In this document: positions 15,787-15,854 of the stretch, piece after piece
Layout of the letters: each line of letters starts with the position of its first letter
Position numbering within the stretch: position 1 is the stretch's first letter
DNA from: Candidatus Krumholzibacteriia bacterium
GTDB taxonomy: Bacteria > Krumholzibacteriota > Krumholzibacteriia > WVZY01
Assembly: GCA_046754105.1 (NCBI GenBank)
Contig: JBHHVD010000077.1
Coordinates: forward strand, 1 to 15,854
Length of the DNA: 15,854 bases
Direction: 5' to 3'
Program-made: the position numbers and the translations under genes
Notes under the pieces: model-generated
Databases searched by the model: none
The model's input: only the letters and a program-made list of their open reading frames with translations
What the model was told of the DNA's origin: nothing

Positions 15787-15853
15787 CTCAGCTGGATAGA
15801 GCACCGGCCTCCGGAGCCGGGTGTCGGAGGTTCGAATCCTCTCGGGCGTACCA
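15777..15853 (+). tRNA. tRNA-Arg, anticodon CCG, 77 nt, CCA encoded
   Basis: Acceptor GCGCCCG/CGGGCGT (G1.U72), D arm GCTC-AGCTGGATA-GAGC with A20 (Arg identity element), anticodon arm CCGGC-CTCCGGA-GCCGG (CCG at 15811-15813), T arm GGAGG-TTCGAAT-CCTCT, discriminator A plus CCA at 15851-15853. Confidence 0.98.
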
Positions 15854-15854
15854 T

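Noticed and set aside
731..15804. Long minus-strand and alternate-frame ORFs (e.g. 731-2473, 2501-3685, 5205-6245, 7416-8636, 8627-9823, 11297-12379, 14464-15324)
   Set aside because: All lie over well-identified genes, have no recognisable motifs, and are the expected shadow ORFs of GC-rich codon usage.

Overview
High-GC bacterial chromosomal housekeeping region, with every credible gene on the + strand and tightly packed. Order: 3' end of a CDS with a perfect 18-bp tandem repeat (probably infC, by synteny), rpmI, rplT, pheS, pheT, ZapB-like coiled-coil protein, zapA, 6S RNA (own sigma70 promoter), rny, ymdB-family metallophosphoesterase, folD, xseA, xseB, ispA, DUF212/divergent PAP2 protein, dxs, NAD kinase, recN, tRNA-Arg(CCG). 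I see no mobile element, CRISPR array, defence system or evidently new multi-gene system. The points worth a second look are small-scale: (1) recN takes its stop codon from inside the tRNA-Arg gene; (2) a near-consensus sigma70 promoter lies inside pheT, with an in-frame GTG at the predicted +1; (3) the 6S RNA shows a readable pRNA-triggered hairpin switch, and its 5' arm is complementary to the rny ribosome-binding site; (4) the DUF212 protein and RecN have altered conserved motifs; (5) the EAAKTE-coding tandem repeat. All calls come from motif recognition and manual base pairing; no searches or folding were run.
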